Shown here one piece after another: positions 10,147 to 21,323 of a stretch of 24,656 nucleotides of DNA (the stretch's first letter is position 1; each line of letters opens with the position of its first letter). Below the pieces are notes generated by a model that was not told the DNA's origin, made no database searches, and saw only the letters and a program-made list of their open reading frames with translations. The translations under genes were made by a program, and so were the position numbers. Source of the stretch: Octopus sinensis (lineage: Eukaryota); assembly GCF_006345805.1 (NCBI RefSeq), contig NW_021836452.1:1-24656 (forward strand), read 5' to 3'.

Positions 10147-10258
10147 GGATGCAGAAATGGTTAGGCAGAAATGGACTGAAGAATGTCGAAAACCAGCTCA
10201 ATCATAATTAACAGTTCACAGAATACGCGACAAATTTCAGCAGACTTGGTCTATCTGC
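10147..10258 (+). pseudogene. N-terminal HTH fragment of a Tc1/mariner transposase (DD41D/rosa-like)
   Basis: DAEMVRQKWTEECRKPAQS*LTVHRIRDKFQQTWSI resembles the EVQR.F...F...PP.RLTI.RIRDKFE.TGSV motif. Confidence 0.5.
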
Positions 10259-10584
10259 GGTGCACGGGGGTGTGCTCGACCGTTTAGAAAATTTTATGCT
10301 TGTGGCTCAACCATCCACTTAAAGGCCCCGGAAATCTAAAGAGAGGACTTCCAATGGACTAGAAATCTCCCGCTGATCACGTTGTCGAATTATGAATCGC
10401 TTGGGTTTAAAAAAAAAAGAGAAATTAAAGGAACATTCCACTCAGTAACCAACTATATATTTACATTTGCCCCCATTTGTATATTCTTTTCTACTCTAGG
10501 CACAAGTCCCAAAGTTTTGGGGGAGGAGGCTAGTCGATTAGATCCTCTCAAAAACATGCTTTCTCTAATTTTCCTCCGCCTCTC

Positions 10585-10591
10585 CCCCTCT

Positions 10592-10632
<41 letters not shown>
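10585..10632. repeat. (TA)n microsatellite
   Basis: TA run. Confidence 0.95.
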
Positions 10633-10635
<3 letters not shown>

Positions 10636-10879
10636 CGTAATGAGATAAAAAGCCAAGGCTGTATAGATAATAGACCATTTATAGATAAAAGGTCTTACAG
10701 CTGTTTCTAGGATATTTATTAATAATATCCCTTAATCAGAGACAGTGTGAGAGGATAGTTAAGTCATAGTTTCGATGTGATACAAAATAGAGAGTGAGGT
10801 GGAGGAAAGAAAATAGATGTAAGATATGTAGGATTATTGACTTATATATATATGCCATGATAGATCGTTAGCTCCTACA

Positions 10880-11055
10880 CGCATTGTTTTCCCTCCTTGT
10901 TTCTCTCCTTGTTTTTTTTCTGTGTATCTTTCTGTGGAAGAGCGTAGGCTCGAAATGTAAAAGACTTTTTCTATTCCAGAGCGCTATACTAATACATTTG
11001 TTTGTTTGTACACCACCTGCCTTCGTCTTTTGTTTATTTTCGTAAACTTTGCCTT
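10880..11055 (+). mobile_element. Family H2 element, copy b
   Basis: TCTTT CTGTGGA A GAGC GTAG GCTC GAAA TG TA AAAGA at 10927-10964; ends at (TA)n 11056. Confidence 0.75.
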
Positions 11056-11113
<58 letters not shown>

Positions 11114-11114
11114 A

Positions 11115-11309
11115 TATTAGGGAATAAATCCAAATTTACTTCATAAATTAAAACTGATTAGAAGATCGGAAATCCACCTGACGAATGTCATTTGAAGACA
11201 TGAAACGATTGTAGTGGCGGTTTATTTATTTTATATTAAAATTTTTATGTATTGATTAAGTCTTTCCTTGTTTGTTTTGCAAAATAGTGGTTTTGTCTCG
11301 AATTAATAT
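11115..11309 (+). mobile_element. Short TA-flanked element carrying a hammerhead ribozyme (family H1), copy a
   Basis: Homologous to 23498-23655 (-); about 65 nt of the 3' portion are nearly identical; microsatellites on both sides. Confidence 0.8.
11151..11223 (+). ncRNA. Type I hammerhead ribozyme
   Basis: CCAC CTGACGA ATGTC-ATTTGAA-GACAT GAAA CG-AT-TG TA GTGG; distal stem I AAACTG/CGGTTT; predicted cleavage after GUA at 11213. Confidence 0.85.
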
Positions 11310-11340
11310 TATATATATATATATTATATATATATTTATT

Positions 11341-11407
<67 letters not shown>

Positions 11408-11556
11408 ATGATATGTATATATATACGACAGGTTTAAGTTTCCGTGTACCAAATCCAGTCAGAAGGCTTTGATCGGCCCAAGGTGCAACTGAGTGGGACT
11501 GAACCCGAGACCATGTGGCTGGTAAGCAAGCTACTTACCACACAGCCACTCCTGTG
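11310..11556 (-). mobile_element. SINE family B 5' half with its internal microsatellite
   Basis: gggactgaaccc...cttaccacacagcc is the reverse complement of the head; TA/TG/TATG tract 11310-11425. Confidence 0.75.
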
Positions 11557-11836
11557 TGTCTGTCTTTGTCTCCATTATCACTTCCCAACTGGTAATAGAG
11601 ACAACGAGAGAGACATTACAATACATTCAGTGAACATGATTGGCATAATTACTTTCGCTTTTCCTCATACACATGAATAAAATATATGGCCACGCACATA
11701 TACACAGAGGGGGAAGAGGCGAGTGAGAGTTAGAGAAACATTAAAACGTCTCGTGTCAAAAAGGTTAGCGGCGAATCAGCGACGCCGAAACAGCTGTGTC
11801 AAAGCGACTAATACACGTCGTACTTGTACTTGTTAT

Positions 11837-12063
11837 GGCGAGCTGGCAGAAACGTTAGCACGCCGGGCGAAATGCTCAGCAGTATTTCGTCTGTCGTTAC
11901 GTTCTGGGTTCAAACATCGCCGAGGTCGACTTTGCCTTTCATTCTTTCGGGATCGATAAATAAAGTACCAGTTGCGCACTGGGGTCGATGTAGTTGACTT
12001 AATCCCTTTGTCTGTCTTTGTTTGTCCCCTCTATGTTTAGCCCCTTGTGGGCAATAAAGAAAT
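11837..12063 (+). mobile_element. SINE family A monomer
   Basis: ggcgagctggcagaaacgttagcacgccggg ... ccccttgtgggcaataaagaaat. Confidence 0.88.
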
Positions 12064-12095
12064 ATATTTAGTTCCATATATGCATTGATCAAGTA

Positions 12096-12310
12096 GGCGG
12101 CGCTCTGACGGAATCGTCAGCACGCCGGATAAACTGCTTAGCGGCATTTCGTCCGTCTTTAGTTTCTCAGCTCAAATTACGCGGAGGTTGACTTAGCCTT
12201 TCATCCACTCGGGGTCGATAAAATAAGTACCACTCAAGAACTGGGATTGGTGTAACCGACTTACTCCTCCTCTCAGAAACATGCTGGCCCAGTGCCCTAA
12301 TTTGAAACCA
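12096..12310 (+). mobile_element. SINE family A, diverged copy with an alternative 3' end
   Basis: ggcggcgctctgacggaatcgtcagcacgccgg...gcctttcatccactcggggtcgataaaataagtacc. Confidence 0.75.
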
Positions 12311-12717
12311 GACATGCATTTTACCAAGTAGTCTAAATTACCGGCCAGTAGCAGCATATCGGATTCTTTACCCAGTCAAGATATATCTAAATTGACGATT
12401 AACCGGTTTAAGAGAATAAAGAGTAATTTTCATAAAGATTTAACTGTTATTAATGATTTAGCTGCTATATCTACCAGGTGCCTCTTAGCTCACAGATTCG
12501 ATCTATAAAGTGTTAAGTGGATGCCGGCGATATTTTTTATTCTCAACATAGTAAAAAAGATGAAATATATCATTTAATATTTCCATTACTCTTTAATCGA
12601 ATTACCTACATAAACTAGGCCGTGATAATTATCACAGCAGGAATCTAGTCACAGACAGACCGAAACGCCTACAGCCTGATGTTTAGTGGTACGTCGTCAC
12701 AATAAATTAGCATTGAG

Positions 12718-12724
12718 CAACACA

Positions 12725-12773
<49 letters not shown>

Positions 12774-12981
12774 GCACGCACATATACACGTGCATACATA
12801 TATATCTGTGTGTGTGTGTGTGTGTATGCTTGCGTGCGTGCGTGCGTGTGTGTGTGCGAGTATCAGCGTATGTGTGTATGTATGTTATCCGTTAGCTTTG
12901 TGTTTATATTGTGCGCTCGCATGTTGCTTGAGTAGTGCAAATATATAATATATATATATCTGTGTGTGTGTGTGTGTGTGT

Positions 12982-13025
<44 letters not shown>
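12718..13025. repeat. (CA)n/(TG)n/(TGCG)n microsatellites
   Basis: Two tracts, about 12718-12885 and 12946-13025. Confidence 0.9.
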
Positions 13026-13027
<2 letters not shown>

Positions 13028-13076
13028 GATGGTGTGTAGTATGTGATTGTCGCGTTGATCATGACAGAGAAAGTTG

Positions 13077-13335
13077 TCATGGCGATACCTGCTCAGAGGC
13101 CTGTGCAAATTTGCAGAAAGCGTATGGAGAGGAGTGTATGAACCGCACACAAGCGTACGAGCGGTTCAGGCATTTCCAAGATGGCCAAAAAAATATCGAT
13201 AGAGACGAACGTTCTGGGAGACCCGCAGCCAACAGAACTGAGAAAAACATCGCAGATGTGCGTGCAGCTGTGAGGGGAAATCGTCGAATGACCATCCGTG
13301 TGTTATCAGAGGATGTGCAAATTAGTCTCGTTTGA
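13077..13335 (+). pseudogene. Mariner transposase N-terminal HTH fragment
   Basis: SEACANLQKAYGEECMNRTQAYERFRHFQDGQKNIDRDERSGRP...VRAAVRGNRRMTIRVLSEDVQIS matches the mariner N-terminus; no catalytic domain or TIR seen. Confidence 0.85.
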
Positions 13336-13479
13336 TTTGGCAGATTCGTTAGAACGTCGAAAAAAAAGCCATGCACTTTTGTTCTTGTGTTTTATGGTCG
13401 GGATTCAAGTTCAACCGAGGTTAACTTTGCTACTCATCATTTCGGGACCGAAAAGAGCTGAACTTGATATTATCGATTT

Positions 13480-13749
13480 ATACTTATTTCTTTACTACGT
13501 AGCGGCAGACGAAATTCCTATTTCTTTACTACCCACAAGGAGCTAAACACAGAGAGGACAAACAAGGACAGACAAACGGATTAAGTCGATTACATCCACC
13601 CCAGTGCGTAACTGGTACTTATTTAATCGACCCCGAAAGGATGAAAGGTAAAGTCGACCTCGGCTGAATTTGAACTCAGAACGTAACGGCAGACGAAATA
13701 CTGCTAAGCATTTTGCCCGGTGTGCTAACGTTTCGGCCAGCTCGCCGCC
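13480..13749 (-). mobile_element. SINE family A (a decayed plus-strand copy precedes it at about 13338-13455)
   Basis: Reverse complement of the family A consensus from ggcggcgagctgg to cttgtgggtagtaaagaaat. Confidence 0.85.
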
Positions 13750-14070
13750 TTTTATCAATTAATACCCTCCCGGCAAACTTGTTGGCCTTGTATTTGAATA
13801 ATAGTTTTGTTTACTAACAGAATATGAGATATTATACATGGCGTTTAAGTAGATTTGGATATAAAGTTCTCATCACTCACTATGTCTCTGGTAAATATGT
13901 CACACAACCTTTGGAAGAATTTCAACAATAATCTGCCAATATTCGTGTGTCCATTTGCCCTGTTAATAGTGAGTTATTTTCCCCCCATTACAGCAAAGAC
14001 CTGGTGAAATATCTTACCATACTCATCCCTCACCACCCTACACTATTTTTATGTAAAAAGAAATATATAT

Positions 14071-14463
14071 TTCTTTATTACCCACAAAGGGGTTAAACAT
14101 AGAGGGGACAAACAAGGACAGACAAAGGTATTAAGTCGATTATATCGACCACAGTGCGTAACTGGTACTTAGTTTATCGACCCCGAAAGGATGAAAGGCA
14201 GCAAAGTCGACCTCGGCGGAATTTAAACTCAGAACGTAACGGCAGACGAAATACTTAAATCTTTACTACCCACAAGGGGCTAAACACAGAGAAGACAAAC
14301 AAGGACAGACAAACGGATTAAGTCGATTATATCGACCCCAGTGTGTAACTGGTATTTAATTTATCGACCCCGAAAAGATGAAAGGCAAAATCGACCTCGG
14401 CGGAATTTAAACTCAGATGTAATGGCAGACGAAATACCCCTAAGCATTTCGCCCGGCGTGCCT
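14071..14463 (-). mobile_element. SINE family A dimer, 5'-truncated, with 17-bp target-site duplication
   Basis: Two body units; direct repeat taaaaagaaatatatat at 14054-14070 and 14464-14480. Confidence 0.88.
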
Positions 14464-15122
14464 TAAAAAGAAATATATATCTTCCGTGATATGCCGTAAG
14501 TAAATAATTAAAAGGCTCGAAGTCTCATAATTTTCATTCATTGCTGTTAATGAAAAAAGTTAGTGACTATTTCGAATGTTTCCCACGCTGATTTTTGTAC
14601 CTTACTTTCCAAAATATCATCAAAATGCCTTCCCTTTAAGGAATTTGTAAATGTCAGGACTGACAAAAACGTTTTTAATTTTTACCTCACAAATTGCTGA
14701 CAATTTCTGTTTCAAATATTGGAAAACTGCCTCACTCTGAACAATGGCATTTGCCAAGTTACTTTTTTGTATTATTACTCCAAACTTATTATGTAGTGCT
14801 TGTAATGCTGACTTGCTGGGATGCTGGTAAAATGTTTTTCGCTCTTTTTGTCTTGTTTTGTTTTCTTTTATTTTGTTGTTTTTTCTTTTTATGTTTTTTT
14901 TTTTGTTTTTTGGTAGTTGTAGACTGAAAATTAAGAACTTCTTTTATACCAGGTTCAAATGATTTTTTCCTTTAAGTAATTCTTTCCTGGTTTAATGTGA
15001 CACCCGAGCACGGCCGTCTCATTCACATACAAAGTGGTATATTGTATAATCAGGTTGCAAGTGCAAAGCTTTAAAAAAACGTAACTTTCAAATGACTACA
15101 AAAATTACTATACGTTTCTTTT

Positions 15123-15124
<2 letters not shown>

Positions 15125-15158
<34 letters not shown>

Positions 15159-15159
15159 A
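15125..15159. repeat. (AAAG)n microsatellite
   Basis: aaag run. Confidence 0.9.
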
Positions 15160-15262
15160 GGAACTCCCTGGGACACATTGATTGGTAGAGAGCTTAAGCG
15201 TTCGAACAGATTATGTCAAACAAATGTGTGAGATTTGATTATAGGAGAAAAGGAAAAAAACA

Positions 15263-15359
15263 AATAGACGGATGGATGGATGGATTGATGGACGGATGGA
15301 CGGACGGACGGACGGAGAAACAGACAGACAGGCAAACAGATAGACAGACAGACAGGCAC

Positions 15360-15426
<67 letters not shown>

Positions 15427-15445
15427 TAGATAGATAGATAGATAT
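15263..15445. repeat. Compound (GGAT)(GGAC)(AGAC)(AGAT)n microsatellite
   Basis: Sequential tetranucleotide blocks. Confidence 0.92.
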
Positions 15446-16114
15446 ACTAGTGGAATAAATATATTTCCAGTTACCTTCCTACCTTCCCTTTTATTTATTC
15501 ACTTTTTATTCAACCCATCTACGATAATTTATAATAATTATGAGCTGTGTAAACAGACAAATATTCGTTTAGAAATTAAATATTTTTCCAGTTACTCGGT
15601 TCACTACTTGTATATATATATATAAAGGATAAGACCATTAGTTAACATAACGATCATATCAAGTGGCTTGCATGGAAAATTCCGAATAGGCAATAATTAT
15701 TACTCACCAATAGTTATTACTCACAAACGAGTTTGACTAATTAGAATATGATTAAAGGTGTTCCATTTCTGACCTTCTTGTCTTTTCATTAATATCGGTG
15801 TCTAAGCTTGTAATGCTTAGTTTCAGAAGCAACTTGGCTGTTATTTCTAACATGTTGCCTGATCACGTAGAAGATGGCTTATTGACTGACATGAAGAAAC
15901 ATTATTGTTATTGCTTCGAACTAATAACGTATAACCAAAGACTTTCTAACCGTGGCCACCCTGCAATTTTTGTGCGATATATTATTTTCATATTTAAGAC
16001 GTTAGGTATTATTTGAGGGGGTATCAGGCTGTTATTTCTGGTTGGCTAAGCTAGCATAGAGAGCTCTTTCGGTGCCTGTTATGCTTACATATTATTAATA
16101 TATATACTCCTTAG

Positions 16115-16350
16115 GGCGGTGAGATACTCCTTAGGGCGGTGAGCTAGTAGAATCGTTAACACGCCGGGCGAAATGCTTAGCAGTATTTCGTAAGCCGCTA
16201 CGTTCTGAGTTCTAATCCTGCCAAGGTTGACTTTGTCTTTCATCTTTTCGGAGTCGATAAATTAAGAACCAGTGAAACATTGAGGTCGATTAAATCGACT
16301 AGTCCCCTCTACCAGAATGTCAGACCTTGTGCATATAATAGAAAATGTTA
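16115..16350 (+). mobile_element. SINE family A with a 20-bp tandem duplication at its 5' junction
   Basis: atactccttagggcggtgag twice (16104-16143), then the family A body. Confidence 0.8.
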
Positions 16351-16367
16351 ATATATGTATCTCTTAT

Positions 16368-16930
16368 GGCGGTGAGCTGGCAGAAACGTTAGCACGCCGG
16401 GCGAAATGCGTAGCCGTATTTAGTCTGCCGTTACGTTCTGAGTTCAAATTCCGCCGAGGTCGACTTTGCCTTTCATCCTTTCGGGATCGATAAATTAAGT
16501 ACCAGTTACGCATTGGGGTCGATGTAATCGACTTAATCCGTTTGTCTGTCTTTGTTTAGCCCCTTGTGAGTAGTAAAGAAATAGGTATTTCGTTTGCTGC
16601 TACGTTCTGAGTTCAAATTCCGCCGAGGTCGACTTTGCTTTTCATCCTTTCGAGTTCGATAAATTAAGTACCAGTTACGCACTTGGGTCGATGTATTCGA
16701 CTTAGTCCCTTTGTCTGTCCTTGTTTGTCCCCTCTATGTTTAGCAACTTGTGGGCAATAAAGAATCGTTAGCTCGCCGGGCATTTCGTCCGTCGTCTTTA
16801 CGTCCTGCGTTCAAATTCTACCGTGGTCGAATTGCCTTTTCATCATTTCAGAGTCGATCAGCACTGATTTTGATGTAATCGACTTATCCCCTTCCCCATA
16901 TTTGTGGGCCTTGTTCCAAAGATTGAAACT
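16368..16930 (+). mobile_element. SINE family A trimer (head plus three body units)
   Basis: Units restart at ggtatttcg (about 16583) and ggcatttcg (about 16779). Confidence 0.85.
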
Positions 16931-17178
16931 AATATAAATGTCGTCTTTCATGGCAGAGCTATTCAGTAAAGCGCCGGACAATGGTCAAGACAACTTGAGG
17001 CCCCGGAAAAAAAAAGCTGTTTTCCCAAAAAGGGTTTTGCCGATCAAATTGACCACAGCAATAAGCAAGGTATTTCTTTTAACATCACTTTTACTGAACC
17101 GCTAATTTGCGAGAACGTAAAGGATGTAAACAAACTAATACGGATGTGAAGTTTTATGGGAGACAAATAAATCCCTAA

Positions 17179-17490
<312 letters not shown>

Positions 17491-17699
17491 ATTTCTGCAA
17501 AATCTGAGTTCAAATCCCAAAATTTTTCATATTTGCTTTTCGCGTCTCATTGCTCCTCATCCACGCCCGAATGTTAATAGAATAAAGGAATCTGATACAT
17601 TGTGTCTATCCATGTCAGCCTTTAACACTTTTGATTATCATGAATTTAAAACACACACACTCACTCTTACACGCGCACACGCACACATATGTCTATATG

Positions 17700-17850
17700 T
17701 GGCTGAAATTTACAGAGAAACAAAAGATGAAGACAGGTGTATAAACAACAAACATGTGTATTAGTCTAACGCTACAGAAGGTGAGAAAGTCTTTTACATT
17801 TCGAGCCTACGCTCTTCAACAGAAAAGAACACGAGGAAATAAACAGACTA
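17700..17850 (-). mobile_element. Family H2 element, copy c
   Basis: Minus strand: TCTTTT CTGTTGA A GAGC GTAG GCTC GAAA TG TA AAAGA (17790-17827); TA repeats on both sides. Confidence 0.75.
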
Positions 17851-18096
17851 TATATACATATATATATATTTGATAGAATGAGTAGAGATGTCTTTTTGGT
17901 GGTATAATTTTTATTTAATCTTTGTATTAATGTTTACTCACTGTAAACATTCTTATTAAGATTAAAATAAAAATTATCCTCTCAAAAAGCCATCTCTACT
18001 CATTCTTTCAAATATATATAATACTGTACCAAGAACATTCTTTTATTCTTTTATATGTTTTAGCCTTGAGGCTGCAGCCATGCTGGAGCACCGCCA

Positions 18097-18135
<39 letters not shown>

Positions 18136-18151
18136 TATATATATATACGAG

Positions 18152-18700
18152 TGTGTGTGTGTGTGGTGGTTGTCTACTCCTTATGCGGAGTTTGACCATC
18201 TCCTGTACCTAAACAATCATGACATCTGATGTGACTTTTTAAACCTGACAATGTTCTGAAAAGACACCCACATAGATTGCACATCTGATTTGGACCACCA
18301 AGAGCTGCAGATAAGTTCTGATCTTTGTGGATATTAAAATGTCTTTTGAGACCTCCGTTAGATTTGCAAACTTTCTGGCATACACTGCGTTCAAATTTGT
18401 GCACAGACATATAGGCAGAATAGTTACTGGAGGTTCGTTTTTCCTGGGTCCGCAAATGAGATTTGAGCCCAGCAAAAGAAAAGCATGTTCTGTCACAAAC
18501 TCTGTACCCATAAAAGTCATTGTCATTCACCTTTTCGATCGTAACATTCTTCCTTAGATGTCTGTTGAGTCTTACATGCGTTATCCTGGCCTCTTCAAAC
18601 GCTTTCACTCCACACTTTTGTTTGCCATCCAGCTCGATCCAAAGCAAGGGTTTCTATGTCTTCTGGATCCATTCTAAGTGACTTCATATACAAATCCCTC
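18152..18700 (-). mobile_element. RTE LINE 3' end encoding three tandem C2H2-type fingers
   Basis: MKSLRMDPEDIETLALDRAGWQT/GVKAFEEAR...RHLRK is the RTE ORF2 C-terminal signature (one frameshift); then three CxxC..GLKxH fingers, stop at 18174, CA/TA tail. Confidence 0.75.
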
Positions 18701-20829
18701 CAAGTTTAGCCAAACTATTTTCCCCTACGCCGTCAATAAACTAAAGTACCAGTCAACAACTTTGGTTTATGGCCTCGACTAACACCCTCCCGCTCAAAAT
18801 TGCTGGCCTTGTGCCGAAATCAGAAGCGATTATTTAAACAGGATATACATAAAATATTTAAAAGAGTTGAGTTTAATAACACACAAAAAAAACAAACACT
18901 CAACAGTTTTATAACCATGTTTTAGGTGATTAAAATATCGTAAATATATTGTCCAAACTTTAGATTTGCTGCTTAATAAACATTGAGATTTATATGAAGA
19001 TTTTGATTCCAATTTAAGTATCTAAGAACTGTTGTTGTTATTGTTTTTCTTTTTTTTTTGTTGTTGTTGTTCTTTTCTTGTTTGTTTCTGTTCATATTTA
19101 TTACCGCCGTCGTTCTCGTAGTTGTTGACATTAGGATCAACTCTTAATAGAGCCAAATTTGTGGTCTATTTACCACAGTTGCAACAAAACTAACTTAGTA
19201 TTATTTCTTCATCTGTTTTATTTTTATAAGTTTTTCATCATTAGTTATATAGCCGAGGTGTTTCTTTTTGTTTTAGTTTCCTCACAAAAGATTAATGTTT
19301 AAGCTAAGCCATAACGCCAATATCAATCGCTATCAATTTTATTGCCTTCTAATTGGGCTATAAAGTACATTAATTGACTTCTCTAAATAGATCGTGTGAA
19401 ATAATACGGTGTCAGAATAATTACTAACTTATAAATTAATGCTTCAAACAGTTTAACTCTGTTAAGTAAATTCTTTTTATGTGCTTATTCGTTTCTCTCA
19501 GCTAATTGAGCTGTTTTATCTTTGATTGTGGTATGAATATGAAATCTTTAAAAAAAATAGCGTGGCTATCTTGTAGATTGAAGTGAAAAAAAAATACATT
19601 AAGCCTAAGACTCCGCTTTTTTATACATTTTTATAGATTTTTATACATTTAATAAACATCGATTGAAATCGTTTGATATCGACTCAAATATTTTTCATTA
19701 TATTTTAGGGTTTTTTAAGAGAAAACTATTTGAACTTGACTACTTGTCAATAACTTTGATATCTATATAATCGAAATCTTTCAAAAAAAAATCTAACTTT
19801 TATTTTGTTTGTTTTTTATTTATTCCCTTTTTTCTGCACCAGAAAGCACGTGACGAAAGGATTATCATCTCCTTGGCTACAGATTTTTTTTTTTTTTTTT
19901 TCATTCCTTACTATGTATTTTTAGCTCCTTAGTATATATTTCATTACTTGATATCTGGCAGAGTAACATAATAAATTCAGACGTTAACCTGAGTTTGAAG
20001 TTGCTTAACTTATTTCTTCCCAACTAAAGCTCAATGGGTTATATTGACAGCTCAGAATAGACTAAAAGCTTTCTAATATATTTTGTTCAGTTACCAATTT
20101 TCCAGAGGAGCTAAGACTTTTTATAATTGTCAAATTTCCAATAGAATCTTTCTGTTTCTCTCTCAAAAGAAACGAAAAAAGATCTTCAAATGTTAGCGAA
20201 ATAAAATTTACCATAAATCTTCTTAAAGAATCGTTACATATATTTCTTTCCTTTTTCTTGGGGTGGGGGGGGGGGTTTCAGGTTTTGTTTTCTTTTGTAT
20301 TTGTTTCTTCAAGCTGGAAAAGCTGTTTCATATAACACGTGTTGTGTTAGCATATGATGTAAGTTCAAAGTAGGAAGAGTAATTGAGTTAAGTGCTATTC
20401 ATTTTCTGCTCGAAGAATTGGAGGTTTGTGATTGGTGGAAATATACACCATGAGTGTCAGAACAGGAACCTTTCTGACAAGCAGAGGACTGGCTATACTT
20501 ACTTGTTGAGGTTTGTTTGGAATAGAAATGTACATGAAGATGTACTTTAGGATAATTAGGATTTCTGCTGCAGCAGTTCCTATTGCTACTTAGCCCAAGG
20601 TCCGCCCACATAGAGCAGCCATATTTTCAAAGACGTTTGAGATGTTATCATTCCACTGTTTTCGCAGACAACATTGTTCAATGTGTTTTCTTTTACTCTT
20701 CAAAACGGCATTGTATAATCTGAGGGTTATTTGACTGTTATTACAAGCATATTGAAGTCCCACCTTTGACCGTTATTGCAAGCATTTTGATAGACTCCTA
20801 GAAGTCCCATCGTCGACTCGTGATAAATA

Positions 20830-21010
20830 ATGACTTCGGATTTTGACACAAGGTCAGCAATTTTACGGGGTGAAGGGTAGTCGATCACCTCGACTCCAGC
20901 ATATAACTGGTACTTATTTTATCGACCTCCGAAGGATGAATGGCAAAGTCGACCTCGGCAGGATATGACCCCAGAACGAAAGTCAGCCGCGTTAACGATA
21001 CTTGCTGCCT
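20830..21010 (-). mobile_element. Diverged SINE family A copy
   Basis: actggtacttattttatcgacctccgaaggatgaatggcaaagtcgacctcggc. Confidence 0.75.
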
Positions 21011-21169
21011 TGCTCGTGAGAAATGATGGCAGAAAATTAAAGACAGACAGAAGTGACAACCAATCAGTCGGTTGGACCTGCTATGTGGGGATATATTCGT
21101 GGATATTCACATGTGGAACAAAGCTACTAACCTACGGGTTAAGGCAATATCCATAATGGATCTCAGTTA

Positions 21170-21323
21170 AGCTTGCATGCTTCCCCGACAACATAGTTCC
21201 GGGTTCAATCTCACTGCGTGGCACCTTTGGCAGGTGTTTTCTACAATAGCCCAATCGACCAAATCCTTGTGAATGGATCTGGTTTGCAGAAACTGCAAGA
21301 GAAGCCCGCTGTGTGCATAAATA
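21170..21323 (+). mobile_element. SINE family B 5' half, interrupted by the Tc1 element
   Basis: ttccgggttcaatctcactgcgtggcacctttggcagg...agaaactgcaagagaagcccg. Confidence 0.75.

Noticed and set aside
10172-10192. CTGAAGAATGTCGAAA
   Set aside because: No stem II; lies within a transposase-like coding fragment.
18174-18647. Host C2H2 zinc-finger gene
   Set aside because: No TGEKP linkers, preceded by an RTE ORF2 signature and followed by a simple-repeat tail; treated as a retroelement.
20399-20620. Locally higher-complexity segment with a 70-aa minus ORF, possible exon
   Set aside because: No frame gave a recognisable domain or clear splice context.
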